From: an uncultured Spirochaetaceae bacterium
Lineage (GTDB): Bacteria > Myxococcota_A > UBA9160 > UBA4427
DNA: 64,000 nt
Reading direction: 5' to 3'
Assembly (NCBI GenBank): GCA_964565565.1
Contig: CAZMFM010000001.1
Location: forward strand, 3,883-67,882
Shown here in pieces: positions 1 to 9,437 of the stretch. Position numbers and translations under genes: made by a program. The notes beneath the pieces were generated by a model. The model was not told the DNA's origin. It worked only from the letters and a program-made list of their open reading frames with translations, and searched no databases. Position 1 is the first letter of the stretch. Each line of letters starts with the position of its first letter.

Positions 1-1017
1 TCGCCCGTCACCCCAATCGAGCATGGCAACGAGCGCATCATGGCCCGAAAGCGCTCCGAGTTCAGCGCCGAGCAATTGCGCGTCCGCGAAGGCGATCCAA
101 CCCTGTTCGCCGTCGCGTTCGACAACCAGGGTTCCGCGCGGCGCGGTCGAGCCAAACATCTGCAGCATATTGGCGAGGCCCAGATCCACGATCGACCCGC
201 TGATGCCCCCGAGACGGCTGCGATGCCCGGCCTGCCGCAGAGCATCGATCACCTCGCTCGTTCGGGGGTCGGCAGCCTGACTGCGATCGAAGGCGATTGC
301 GACCGCAGCGATGCGTCCACTCTTGTTCTTGACCTCGCGCACGACCTGCCCGTCGATCTCGACACTCAAATCACCCTGCGGATGCCACAGACAAGTTCTC
401 ACCACTTCGCCGACAGGCAACGCAACACTGCGCACGGTCAGGAGAATGCCCGTCGCACTGAGATCGCGGCTGGTTGCTTCGAAGGGAGGACTCATGGTCG
501 GCATGATGCGAACGGGAACCCGAACAGCCTCACGCTCGGCACTTCGCCGTTCCCGCCCAGCCGGTTCCGACTCGGCCCCGGACTGACTCTCACCCGGCTC
601 GAGAACCAACGTCAGATCGGAAACGGAGTCATCGACCGACTCGGGCGCCAAGGCGGCATCAAACGCCAAGAGCGGCTCGAATGATTTCCGAAGTTCGGAC
701 GCGCCGTCATCAAATTGCACCGCCACGCCGGGCGTCGCGCCACTCGCCGCCATCTCGGCTGGAATGCAGTGAACGACTTCCCCGCGAAGCGACAAAGCGA
801 CGCCCTCCGGCGCATCCCATTCCGCGGTCGAGTCGGAGCCAACACGCACGGCGCCGAAGTCGACGTAGTCGAGGACGATCTCGACATCGATCACCTGGCG
901 AACTTCGAATTCCAACTCGGTCGCGATGAAGATCCCGCGATTCGCGATATTCTTCTCGAATTCCTGTCGAAGGTCGTTAGGCGACGCGAATCGAATCTGA
1001 ACGGATTCTTGTGACAA
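1..1017 (-). CDS. PilZ-type c-di-GMP receptor protein (two PilZ-like modules) with C-terminal DUF4388-like domain; partial, 3' end runs off the left edge
   Basis: Absent from the ORF track because there is no stop in the window. Manual reverse translation from 1017 down to 1 is fully open. It reads: ..SVQIRFASPNDLRQEFEKNIANRGIFIATE..GVAVQFDD.. (TIGR02266-like PilZ module), then RRSAEREAVRVPVRI..SRDLSATGILL (RxxxR / DxSxxG PilZ signature), then GSIVDLGLANMLQMFGSTAPRGTLVVERDGEQGWIAFADAQLLGAE..ALVAMLDWGDG (DUF4388 pattern). Start is TTG at 1017 or TTG at 1080; there is an in-frame stop at 1083-1081. Confidence 0.75.
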   Translation of the reverse strand, partial: MSQESVQIRFASPNDLRQEFEKNIANRGIFIATELEFEVRQVIDVEIVLDYVDFGAVRVGSDSTAEWDAPEGVALSLRGEVVHCIPAEMAASGATPGVAVQFDDGASELRKSFEPLLAFDAALAPESVDDSVSDLTLVLEPGESQSGAESEPAGRERRSAEREAVRVPVRIMPTMSPPFEATSRDLSATGILLTVRSVALPVGEVVRTCLWHPQGDLSVEIDGQVVREVKNKSGRIAAVAIAFDRSQAADPRTSEVIDALRQAGHRSRLGGISGSIVDLGLANMLQMFGSTAPRGTLVVERDGEQGWIAFADAQLLGAELGALSGHDALVAMLDWGDGR

Positions 1018-1250
1018 GCCTGCCGTTATCCTGGCCCGTGATCCACACGGATTGCAGTCCGGGGGTGATCCCCGCCACAATCAGAATAATCGGCCATCCG
1101 GCGAATCGACCCAAGTTTTTCTCATGGGCGAAACCGGTCATCGGATGAGAAGCCTGTCCGCTACGACTGGAACCGGCAGGTCCAATGCAAGAGGACAGTC
1201 ACCATGGGAATGAATGTGAAATTGTGTCGCAGGTCGCCGCGAACCGAGGG

Positions 1251-2696
1251 CTAGAAGTCGGTTTCTTCCTCGTTGATCGCGCGAAAGAGCGTCAACTGGG
1301 GCATCGACTGCGAGGGGTCGATCTCGACCGGATACTCGCCCGAAAAACAGCCATCGCAGATACCGCGCTTCAGCTCTTTCGCCGCGCTGTTGCGCAACCC
1401 GTTGACCGAGAGATAGCCGAGGCTATCGGCGCCAATGCGGTCGCGAATTTCCTCGATGCTATGCGTGTGGGCGATCAGTTCTTCGCGGTTCGGCGTATCG
1501 ATTCCATAATGGCAGGGTCCGATTGTCGGAGGCGACGAAATTCGAACGTGTATCTCGCGCGCCCCGGCCGCGCGCAACATACCGACGATCTTGACCAGCG
1601 TCGTCCCGCGGATGATCGAATCGTCGACGAGTATGATGCGCTTGCCTTCGAGGAACCCTCGAATTGCGTTGTGCTTCACCCGGACCTTGAAATCGCGAAT
1701 CTTCTGAGTCGGCTCGATAAAGCTACGGCTGACATAATGATTGCGAATCAACGCCGTGTCGTAGGGAATCTCGGCCTCTTCGGCGTATCCAAGCGCTGCA
1801 GCGTTTCCGGAATCGAGGACCGGCACAACCATGTCGGCGGCCACCGCATGTTCGCGCGCCAGGACACGGCCGAGTTCCTTGCGGTAGGCATAGACGTTAT
1901 GGCCTATGAGATCCGAATCCGGTCTCGCAAAATAGATCTGTTCCATGATGCAAAAGTGCTCATTCACCTCGCGCGAGAACGGACGAATGCTGCGCAATCG
2001 TCCGCGTCGAATCACCACGACCTCGCCCGGATCCACATCCCGCTCATGGGTCGCGCCGATCAGGTCCAGCGCGCAGGTCTCACTCGAAATGACCCAGGCG
2101 CCCTCCTTGCGGCCGATCGAAAGGGGTCTGAAGCCGTGCGGATCCCGAGCGGCGATCAGGGCGTCATCCGTCAGCATGGCGATACTGAAGGCACCCTTCA
2201 CCCGCGAGATGGCGTCGATGAAGCGGTCTTCCATATGCCGCTCCCGCGACCGCGCGAGGAGATGAAGGAGCACCTCGCTGTCTGCGGTCGATCCGAAAAT
2301 CGCGCCCCGCCCTTCGAGCTCTCGCCGAATGACGCCCGCGTTCACGAGATTTCCGTTGTGCGCGATCGAGACCGGACCCCCGTCTGTGTTGGCGCAGATC
2401 GGCTGGGCGTTTCGGAGCATGCTGCCGCCCGATGTCGAGTAGCGGACGTGTCCGATGGCGTGGCGCCCATTGAGCCGATCGAGGACGTCGGCGCCGAAGG
2501 TATCCGCGACCAGCCCCATCGCGCGGTGGGCGATATGTTCCTTGCCGGTCGAGGAGACGATGCCGCAGCTTTCCTGACCGCGGTGTTGGAGGGCATAGAG
2601 GCCTAGGTAGGTGAGATGAGAGGCCTCATCGTGACCGTGAATGCCGAAAACGCCGCAATGGTCGTGAAACCGATCGGCCTGGTGGGCGCGATTCAA
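1251..2696 (-). CDS. purF: Amidophosphoribosyltransferase (glutamine PRPP amidotransferase)
   Basis: Carries the Ntn motif ..HDHCGVFGIHG.., plus YLGLYALQHRGQESCGIV and the PRPP loop ILVDDSIIRGTT. The C-terminal Cys-rich segment is CDGCFSGEYP. The start is uncertain. TTG at 2696 (GGAG 3 nt upstream) gives a 13-aa propeptide before the catalytic Cys. ATG at 2873 would add a 59-aa repeat-containing extension. The track ORF extending to 3155 is not credible because it overlaps the purC start. Confidence 0.93.
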   Translation of the reverse strand: MNRAHQADRFHDHCGVFGIHGHDEASHLTYLGLYALQHRGQESCGIVSSTGKEHIAHRAMGLVADTFGADVLDRLNGRHAIGHVRYSTSGGSMLRNAQPICANTDGGPVSIAHNGNLVNAGVIRRELEGRGAIFGSTADSEVLLHLLARSRERHMEDRFIDAISRVKGAFSIAMLTDDALIAARDPHGFRPLSIGRKEGAWVISSETCALDLIGATHERDVDPGEVVVIRRGRLRSIRPFSREVNEHFCIMEQIYFARPDSDLIGHNVYAYRKELGRVLAREHAVAADMVVPVLDSGNAAALGYAEEAEIPYDTALIRNHYVSRSFIEPTQKIRDFKVRVKHNAIRGFLEGKRIILVDDSIIRGTTLVKIVGMLRAAGAREIHVRISSPPTIGPCHYGIDTPNREELIAHTHSIEEIRDRIGADSLGYLSVNGLRNSAAKELKRGICDGCFSGEYPVEIDPSQSMPQLTLFRAINEEETDF

Positions 2697-2758
2697 CGAC
2701 TCCAGCTCGTCGGGCGAGAGCCGGTCGAAGGGACGTGTTGCCGGAGGCAAGACGGATG

Positions 2759-2866
2759 GAGCCTTCAGCCTGTGTGGAGCCTTCAGCGGATCTTGAGCCT
2801 TCAGCCTGTTTTGAGCCTTCAGCGAATTTGAAGCCTTCAGCCGATTTTGAGCCTTCAGCCAATTTT
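2759..2866. repeat. Six exact-period 18-bp tandem repeats, plus-strand consensus GAGCCTTCAGCnnnTTTt, followed by a partial 7th unit
   Basis: The core GCCTTCAGC starts at 2761, 2779, 2797, 2815, 2833 and 2851, with constant 18-bp spacing. On the minus strand the repeat is in frame with purF and reads LKAQNR/LKASNS/LKAQNR/LKAQDP/LKAPHR/LKAPSV, directly after ATG 2873-2871. Confidence 0.9.
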
Positions 2867-3097
2867 GAGTCATCGACGCACCGAGGGGTTTCCGGAGGCA
2901 GCGTGCTAGCCAAAGATTGCCAGTCAGACAGGCCCAAAGATCGGGCCCCGCGACGGGCGCATAGTAGACAGCGGCGATGGCCGGGTCAAACCGAATGACC
3001 CGTTGCCGAGCGCTTGCTGCCGGCCTGCGCGCAGGCTTAAATGGGGCCGTTGGCCATTCGTGCCGAAAGCCGAAAAAGTTGAACGAGGAGCCTCGAC

Positions 3098-4063
3098 ATG
3101 AGCGTAGATCGAAAGCAGTTGGAAGAACTGTGCCAGCAGACCCTCGACGAAACAAATTTCAAAGACCTCGGAACCCGTATCACGGGCAAGGTCCGCGACA
3201 GCTACGTCCGTTCGAGACATCGAACCCTGATCGTGACCGACCGCGTAAGCTGCTTCGATGTGGTCGTCGGAACGATCCCGCTCAAGGGGCAGATCCTGAA
3301 TCAGATGGCCGCCTTCTGGTTCGACCAGACTCGCGACATCGCACGAAATCATCTCGAAAGCGTCCCCGACCCCAGCGTCTCGATCGTCCAGGAATGCAAG
3401 ACGCTGCCTGTCGAATTCGTCATGCGCGGGTACCTCACGGGTTCGAGTTCAACCTCGATCTGGACTGCCTACGAAAGCGGTGTCCGGAATTATTGTGGCA
3501 ACGCCCTGCCCGACGGTCTGCGTCGCCACGAAAAACTGGCCGCCCCGATGCTCACGCCAACGACGAAGGCGGAGCAAGGCGACCACGACGCGTTGACCTC
3601 TCGCGCAGAACTGATCGAAAGCGGTGGAATCTCGGAAACCCATTTCGACGAGGCCCAGGCCATCGCGCAACGTCTCTTCTCTGAAGGCACGCTCTTTGCC
3701 GAGAAGCAGGGCCTGATCCTCGTCGACACGAAATACGAAATGGGACTCGACGACGACGGCCAAGTCATCGTCATCGATGAGATCCACACGCCGGACTCCT
3801 CGCGCTATTGGCGCGCCGACGACTACCAGCGCGCGCTTTCCGAAGGCCGCTCGCCGACGGCGATCGACAAGGAGTACGTTCGCCTGTGGCTCGGCGAAAA
3901 GGGCTACAAGGGCCAAGGCACCCCCCCGGAACTCCCGGTCGAGGTTCGCGTCGAAGCAGCCACGCGCTACATCGCAGCCTTCGAGCAGGTTAGTGGAACC
4001 GTCTTCGAGCCGAATTTCGAGGAACCGACTGCCCGAATCCGCCGAAACCTCGGCCTCTCTTGA
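3098..4063 (+). CDS. purC: Phosphoribosylaminoimidazole-succinocarboxamide (SAICAR) synthase, long form
   Basis: 321-aa ORF. Contains GKVRDSY..LIVTDRVSCFD, LTPTTKAE and DEIHTPDSSRYW, typical of PurC. Transcribed divergently from purF. Confidence 0.93.
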   Translation: MSVDRKQLEELCQQTLDETNFKDLGTRITGKVRDSYVRSRHRTLIVTDRVSCFDVVVGTIPLKGQILNQMAAFWFDQTRDIARNHLESVPDPSVSIVQECKTLPVEFVMRGYLTGSSSTSIWTAYESGVRNYCGNALPDGLRRHEKLAAPMLTPTTKAEQGDHDALTSRAELIESGGISETHFDEAQAIAQRLFSEGTLFAEKQGLILVDTKYEMGLDDDGQVIVIDEIHTPDSSRYWRADDYQRALSEGRSPTAIDKEYVRLWLGEKGYKGQGTPPELPVEVRVEAATRYIAAFEQVSGTVFEPNFEEPTARIRRNLGLS

Positions 4064-4102
4064 GCCGCCTTCGGACGCGTGCGCACTAAAGGAATCGCCC
4101 CG

Positions 4103-4996
4103 ATGACAAGCATCGCATTCTGTGGCCTGGGACTGATGGGCTCGGGCATGGCCTCGTCTCTGTTGACTGCAGGACACGCGGTCTCCGTCTGGAATCGCTC
4201 CCCGAACAAGGCCACCCCGCTCCTCGAAGCCGGCGTCTCGCTCGCCGGCTCACCGCGAGAGGCGGCCGTCGATGCCGCCGTCGCCTTTTCGATGGTTTCT
4301 GATGACGACGCCAGCCGCGCGGTCTGGCTGGGCCCGTCGGGCATGCTCGAAGCCTTGGAGCCCGGATCGTTGGCGATCGAGTGCTCCACCCTCTCGCACG
4401 CCTGGGTGATGGAATTGTCGAAGGCTGCCGCGCAGCGTGGACTTCGCTTCCTGGACTGCCCGGTGACGGGTCTGCCCGTGGCCGCTGCCCGCGGTGAACT
4501 CACGCTCTTGTTGGGCGCGGATCCGAACGATTTCGAGCTCGCCAAGCCGTTTCTGGTTCCTGTTTCCAAGCAGATCCTTCATTTCGGCCCGGTCGGGGCC
4601 GGGACCGCCTACAAACTGATCGTGAATCTATTGGGTGCGGTCGAAATCGCCGCGACGGCGGAAGCCATGGAGTCCGCGGCGCGCGCCGGACTCGATCTCG
4701 AGCAGGTGGCCGAGGCACTCGCCGAGGGTGCTGCCGGATCATTTCACGTCGGGCGTCAGGCGCGCATCATGGCGACGGAATCCCACGAGGCGAACCTCGC
4801 CTTCACGACCGATCTCCGGCGCAAGGACACACGCTATGGCGTCGCCCTGTCTCACGCGCTCGGAGTCGCTTCGGAACTCGGCGACCGGACGCTCGCGCAA
4901 TTCGATCACGCCTCGGCCCTGGGCTTCGGCAGCGAAAACGAAAGTCACGTACTCGACGCCGTGCGCGACAAGAGCAAGCCGCGGTCGAGCGACTAG
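4103..4996 (+). CDS. NAD(P)-dependent beta-hydroxyacid dehydrogenase (3-hydroxyisobutyrate / 6-phosphogluconate dehydrogenase-like family)
   Basis: N-terminal Rossmann motif IAFCGLGLMGSGMA, and GAGTAYKLIVNLL in the helical domain. AAGGA lies 9 nt upstream of ATG 4103; the track start at 4079 is GTG. Confidence 0.8.
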   Translation: MTSIAFCGLGLMGSGMASSLLTAGHAVSVWNRSPNKATPLLEAGVSLAGSPREAAVDAAVAFSMVSDDDASRAVWLGPSGMLEALEPGSLAIECSTLSHAWVMELSKAAAQRGLRFLDCPVTGLPVAAARGELTLLLGADPNDFELAKPFLVPVSKQILHFGPVGAGTAYKLIVNLLGAVEIAATAEAMESAARAGLDLEQVAEALAEGAAGSFHVGRQARIMATESHEANLAFTTDLRRKDTRYGVALSHALGVASELGDRTLAQFDHASALGFGSENESHVLDAVRDKSKPRSSD

Positions 4997-5011
4997 CCTG
5001 CGAGCAAGCTG

Positions 5012-6034
5012 CTAGAGCGTCTGGAAGTAGAGATATCCCAAAAGCAGGTAGTACATCGTCGGAATCCCTAGCAGCGGGGCATCGATCCGATCGAGCACGC
5101 CACCCATTCCAGGCAGGAGCGCGCCGGTGTCCTTGACCTTGGCATCGCGCTTGAGCAAAGACTCGACGAGATCGCCGATGATCCCGACCGCCGCCAACAG
5201 GACGGCAAAACCCAGGGCCGCGCTCCAGGGAATCCCGGCCGACCAATCCGGCCAGAACTGGTCGAAGATCAGCTTCGTCGACAAACCAAAGCCGGCCGCG
5301 GCGATGATCCCGCCGAGCGCACCTTCGACACTCTTGTTCGGACTGATCTCGGGGGCAAGCTTGCGCCGGCCCCAGGCGCGCCCAGAGAAATAGGCGCCCA
5401 CATCACAGCCTACGACGCAAAGCAGTGTATAGACCATGAAGAAGATGCCACTGCCCGGGCCAAAGCCCAGGGTGACAAGCGTTGCCGGCGTATAATGGGC
5501 TGCCGCCGCAACATCGAAGTTGCGCAACAAGATGGCGTGGCTCAGCAGCCATCCCACATAGAAAACGCCGAAGAAGGTTCCCGAGATGCTGGCCATCGCC
5601 TCGTGGATCTCGTTCTTCCCGAGCTGCGCGACCATCAAGACCAGAAGCGAAGCCGTCATCAAGAGCATCGCGTGATATTCGTTTCCGAGATAGGCCACCG
5701 TAATCACGGCTGCGCCGAAGCCCAGCCCCACCGAACGAATCGGCTTGGCGCCCTTGTCGACGATCAGACCGTAGAATTCATGTTGGGCGGCGAATCCGAT
5801 CGCCAGCACAACGGCCAGATAGAAGAGGCCACCCTGCGCGATCGTCCAGAGCACGAAGGGAATCAGGACCGCCGAAGTGCCCAGCCGCACGAGCAGGTCG
5901 CGGCGACGTGAGGCTTTCTTTTCCGCGGCAGCCGCTTCCGCGTCGTCGGAACTCTCCGCCGACCCTGCCGACCCTGCCAACGCTTCCGACTCGGCCACCT
6001 CTTCGTCCGCGGCCTCAGTCATTCCCTCGGTCAA
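5012..6034 (-). CDS. cdsA: Phosphatidate cytidylyltransferase (CDP-diglyceride synthase)
   Basis: Polytopic membrane protein with the CdsA signature SPNKSVEGALGG..GDLVESLLKRDAKVKDTG..PGMGGVLDRIDA. Has an acidic, Ala-rich N-terminal extension. Confidence 0.88.
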   Translation of the reverse strand: MTEGMTEAADEEVAESEALAGSAGSAESSDDAEAAAAEKKASRRRDLLVRLGTSAVLIPFVLWTIAQGGLFYLAVVLAIGFAAQHEFYGLIVDKGAKPIRSVGLGFGAAVITVAYLGNEYHAMLLMTASLLVLMVAQLGKNEIHEAMASISGTFFGVFYVGWLLSHAILLRNFDVAAAAHYTPATLVTLGFGPGSGIFFMVYTLLCVVGCDVGAYFSGRAWGRRKLAPEISPNKSVEGALGGIIAAAGFGLSTKLIFDQFWPDWSAGIPWSAALGFAVLLAAVGIIGDLVESLLKRDAKVKDTGALLPGMGGVLDRIDAPLLGIPTMYYLLLGYLYFQTL

Positions 6035-6050
6035 GATTCTTCCCCCTCAC

Positions 6051-6563
6051 TCACGACCGCCCCGTATGTCCGAAACCGCCTACGCCGCGATCGGTCGAGT
6101 CGAGCGAATCGACTTCGATCCATTCCGGTCGAACGACCGGTGCCACCACGAGCTGAGCGATTCGGTCTCCGCGCTCCACGCGAAAGACCTCGCCCCCCGC
6201 ATTCATCAAGATGACCTGGATCTCGCCGCGGTAGTCGGCATCGATCGTCCCGGGACTATTCGGAATGAGTATGCCATGTCGCAGGGCCAATCCGCTGCGC
6301 GGACGCACCTGCGCCTCGAATCCCACTGGCAGCGCGATGCGCCACCCGGTGGGAATCAAACTGCGTTCTCCAACTGGAATGAGAAGTGGCTCGCTCAGCG
6401 CGGCGCGGAGGTCGAGCCCTGCCGCTGCCTCAGTAGATGCCTGAGGCAACGGCAGGTCATTTGCGTGCGATTCCCGAGTGATCTCCACTCGGACTCGCGG
6501 CAGGGTCGAGGACGAAAGCGCCGCGCTGGACGATTCCGCTTCGTGAGAATCAGGCTCGCTCAA
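6051..6563 (-). CDS. dut: dUTP diphosphatase
   Basis: [22 protein letters not shown] and the C-terminal [12 protein letters not shown] motifs. Confidence 0.92.
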   Translation of the reverse strand: MSEPDSHEAESSSAALSSSTLPRVRVEITRESHANDLPLPQASTEAAAGLDLRAALSEPLLIPVGERSLIPTGWRIALPVGFEAQVRPRSGLALRHGILIPNSPGTIDADYRGEIQVILMNAGGEVFRVERGDRIAQLVVAPVVRPEWIEVDSLDSTDRGVGGFGHTGRS

Positions 6564-6575
6564 GAGCCCGCCCGC

Positions 6576-8771
6576 CTACTCGTCCTGCCCGTCTTCGGCC
6601 GCCTGATCCGCAAGAGCTTCCTTGCGTGAGAGACGGATTCGACCGGATGGATCGATGTCGATGCACTTGGCGAGGACCTCGTCTCCTTCCTCGAGGACGT
6701 CGGTCACCTTGTCGACGCGCCCGGCTGCCAGATGGCTGATATGAATCAGGCCATCCGTTCCCGGGAAGATCTCGGCAAACGCGCCGAAGTCCGCAATCCG
6801 CTTCACCTTGGCCAGATAAATCCGGCCAATCTCGGCTTCCTGGGTCAGCTCGTTCACCATCGCCATTGCTTGCTCGACCGAGGCGTTGTCCGGCCCGAAG
6901 ACCGTAACTCGACCCGAATCCTCGACGTCGATCTTGGCACCCGTCGTTTCCTGGATCGCGCGGATCACCTTGCCGCCAGGGCCAATGATGTCCCGAATTC
7001 GATCGGGCTTGACCTGCAGCGCCTCCATCCGAGGAGCGAAGGCATGCAGCTCTTCGCGTGCCTTCAAGCCCATCAGCTCGCTCGACGTATCACTGTCCAT
7101 GCAACCAAGGATATGAAGCCTTCCGTCCTTCGCCTGAGCGAGGGCCTTCTCCATGACGTCCCAGTCGATTTCCGTGACCTTGATGTCCATCTGGAGGGCC
7201 GTGATGCCTTCCGATGAACCGGCGACCTTGAAGTCCATGTCGCCGAGATGATCCTCGTCGCCCAGGATGTCCGAGAGGATGACGGTTCGCTTTCCGTCCG
7301 TGATGAGACCCATCGCGATCCCAGCGATCGGAGCCTTGAGCGGCGCACCCGCATCGAGCAGCGCGAGCGTCGCGCCACACACTGCGGCCATCGACGAAGA
7401 GCCATTCGACTCGAGCGTCTCCGACACAACGCGCATCGTATACGGGAACTCATCGTGATCGGGCAGCACCGGTGTAATCGCGCGCTCGGCGAGCGCCCCG
7501 TGTCCCTTTTCACGCCGACTCGGACCACGCAGAGGTCGAGCCTCGCCCACCGAGAACGACGGGAAGTTGTAATGCAACATGAAGCTCTTCTTGTAGCGAC
7601 CCGTCATTCCGTCGATCGTCTGCTCGTCGAAGCCACTGCCGAGAGTCGCCGTCACCATGGCCTGGGTCTCGCCACGCGTAAAGAGCGCGACGCCATGCGG
7701 CCTGGGGATGGGGCGTACCTCACAAGCGATCGGACGAATCTCGTCGCCCTTTCGACCATCGATCCGCTCACCGGTGGCCAACACGCGCTCGCGCATCAGG
7801 TTGCCGCCGAGATCGTGGAGGATGTTCTTCACACTGCCCTGCAGCGACCGCAGGCCATTCGATCGTGCCTCGAAGTCAGCCAACGACCTCACCGAAACCT
7901 CTTCATTTCGGTAGTCCTCGTCGAACTGATTGCGAATTTCCTTCTCGATGACCTTCACTGCACTCGAGCGTGCCTTCTTCTCCTTGATCTGGAAGGCCTC
8001 CGCCAAGCGATCGCCAGCGAGGTCTGAAATCTTGGATTCCAGCGCCGAAATGTCGGCCGCCTCGGGCATCACGAGCTTCTCTTTGCCGACCTTGGCCGCA
8101 AAAGCTTCGATGGCCTTGATGATCGGCTGAAGTTCGCCGTGTGCATATTTGAGGGCCGCGAGAATATCCTCTTCGGGAAGTTGCTTGGCACCGCCCTCAA
8201 CCATCACGATCGAAAGCGCGTTGCCCGCGACGATCAATTCGAGATCGCTCTCTTCGAGATCCTCGGGCGTTGGATTGATCACATAATCCCCATCGACTCG
8301 ACCGATTCGCACAGCCGCGATCGGGCCAATGAAGGGAAGCTCCGAGATCGAGAGTGCCGCCGAGGCACCGACAAAGGCACACATATCGGCGGAATGTTCT
8401 GGGTCCGCCGACAATACGGTCGCCGTCACCTGAGTCTCGTCGTTGTAGCCAGGGGCAAAGAGCGGCCGGATCGACCGATCAATGAATCGGGAAACGAGCA
8501 CTTCGCGCTCGCCGAGTTGGCCTTCGCGCTTGAAGAAGCCGCCAGGAATCTTTCCGGCTGCCGCGAACTTCTCAACGAAGTCGACGGTCAGGGGAAAGAA
8601 ATCGATGCCCGGGCGTGGGCTGGAATGGACGGTGGTCACGAGAACGACCGTGCCGCCGTAAGTGACGAGTGCGGCACCGGCCGCTTGTTTGGCAATCTTG
8701 CCAGTTTCAATTGTCATGGTCCGGCCGCCGACTTCGACGGACATGGACGTGGGTTCAAACCAATAAGGCAT
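6576..8771 (-). CDS. pnp: Polyribonucleotide nucleotidyltransferase (PNPase)
   Basis: 731 aa. Two RNase PH domains, then KH (GPGGKVIRAIQETTGAKIDVED) and S1 (GRIYLAKVKRIADFGAFAEIFPGTDGLIHIS). GAGGAG lies 9 nt upstream of ATG 8771. Confidence 0.97.
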   Translation of the reverse strand: MPYWFEPTSMSVEVGGRTMTIETGKIAKQAAGAALVTYGGTVVLVTTVHSSPRPGIDFFPLTVDFVEKFAAAGKIPGGFFKREGQLGEREVLVSRFIDRSIRPLFAPGYNDETQVTATVLSADPEHSADMCAFVGASAALSISELPFIGPIAAVRIGRVDGDYVINPTPEDLEESDLELIVAGNALSIVMVEGGAKQLPEEDILAALKYAHGELQPIIKAIEAFAAKVGKEKLVMPEAADISALESKISDLAGDRLAEAFQIKEKKARSSAVKVIEKEIRNQFDEDYRNEEVSVRSLADFEARSNGLRSLQGSVKNILHDLGGNLMRERVLATGERIDGRKGDEIRPIACEVRPIPRPHGVALFTRGETQAMVTATLGSGFDEQTIDGMTGRYKKSFMLHYNFPSFSVGEARPLRGPSRREKGHGALAERAITPVLPDHDEFPYTMRVVSETLESNGSSSMAAVCGATLALLDAGAPLKAPIAGIAMGLITDGKRTVILSDILGDEDHLGDMDFKVAGSSEGITALQMDIKVTEIDWDVMEKALAQAKDGRLHILGCMDSDTSSELMGLKAREELHAFAPRMEALQVKPDRIRDIIGPGGKVIRAIQETTGAKIDVEDSGRVTVFGPDNASVEQAMAMVNELTQEAEIGRIYLAKVKRIADFGAFAEIFPGTDGLIHISHLAAGRVDKVTDVLEEGDEVLAKCIDIDPSGRIRLSRKEALADQAAEDGQDE

Positions 8772-9170
8772 TTTCAGTTACTCCTCACCGATGCTCATCC
8801 CCTCATCTCATTCGAGTTGGATAGAGTCATCGATGTGATTGCGGCCAATCGACGAGAGATTCTCGTCGCATTCACCAATTCATGTCTTGCAATGATCAGG
8901 CTACGAATACCCTGGGAAATGCAGGATCACCCATGCGCGAAACTGGGGGAGAGTTCGCGTATGACCGACTCCCGCATCTCACGGGGCATCCGACTCACCT
9001 TAACAAGACGTCCAGGACGCCCAAGACACAGTCGATGCAGGCCAATGAATGGATCCGTATTCGATCACGCCCCTACTAGGGGACGCCCGACGCACTCGCG
9101 AAGGGCTACGAACACAGATCCAAGATTCAAATCGAAAACGCACTCGCGGCGCGCTTCGACCGAAAAAAAA

Positions 9171-9437
9171 CTAGCGCCGAAGCCCGAGTTCTCCGAGGAG
9201 CGCGCGGTAACGGCCTTGATCTTTTTGTCTGAGATAGTCGAGAAGGCGTCGTCGCTGACTCACGATCTTGAGTAGACCGCGTCGTGAATGATGATCCTTC
9301 GCGTTCGTCTTGAAATGTTCCTGGAGACCGGCGATCCGCTCGGTCAAGAGCGAAATCTGGACTTCGGGCGAACCGGTATCGGCATCGCCCCGTTTGTGGA
9401 CTCCAATGATTTCCGCTTTCTTTGCTGCAGAGATCAA
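9171..9437 (-). CDS. rpsO: 30S ribosomal protein S15
   Basis: 88 aa. Contains [41 protein letters not shown]. Confidence 0.96.
   Translation of the reverse strand: MISAAKKAEIIGVHKRGDADTGSPEVQISLLTERIAGLQEHFKTNAKDHHSRRGLLKIVSQRRRLLDYLRQKDQGRYRALLGELGLRR

Noticed and set aside
40-1014. Plus-strand ORFs 40..684 (214 aa), 311..586, 681..929 and 715..1014
   Set aside because: They are Arg/Pro/Ser-rich with no recognisable motifs. They lie antisense to a fully open minus-strand frame with clear PilZ and DUF4388 text, so they are high-GC shadow ORFs.
2759-2866. Reading the 18-bp repeat array as a CRISPR array
   Set aside because: The units are directly abutting with no spacers, the period is only 18 bp, and no cas genes are present.
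2874-3097. ZTP (pfl) or purine riboswitch in the purF/purC divergent region; the minus strand has CTGACTGGCA at 2918-2927, resembling the GACUGGCG core
   Set aside because: I could not find the 3' CCGCCUGGGC-type pseudoknot partner or the rest of the consensus. A single 8-mer resemblance is not enough. An Infernal scan would settle it.
2697-3155. N-terminal extension of the purF ORF up to 3155 (634-aa version)
   Set aside because: It would overlap the divergent purC start (3098) and add about 150 non-homologous residues before the catalytic Cys. Only the 2696 or 2873 starts are plausible.
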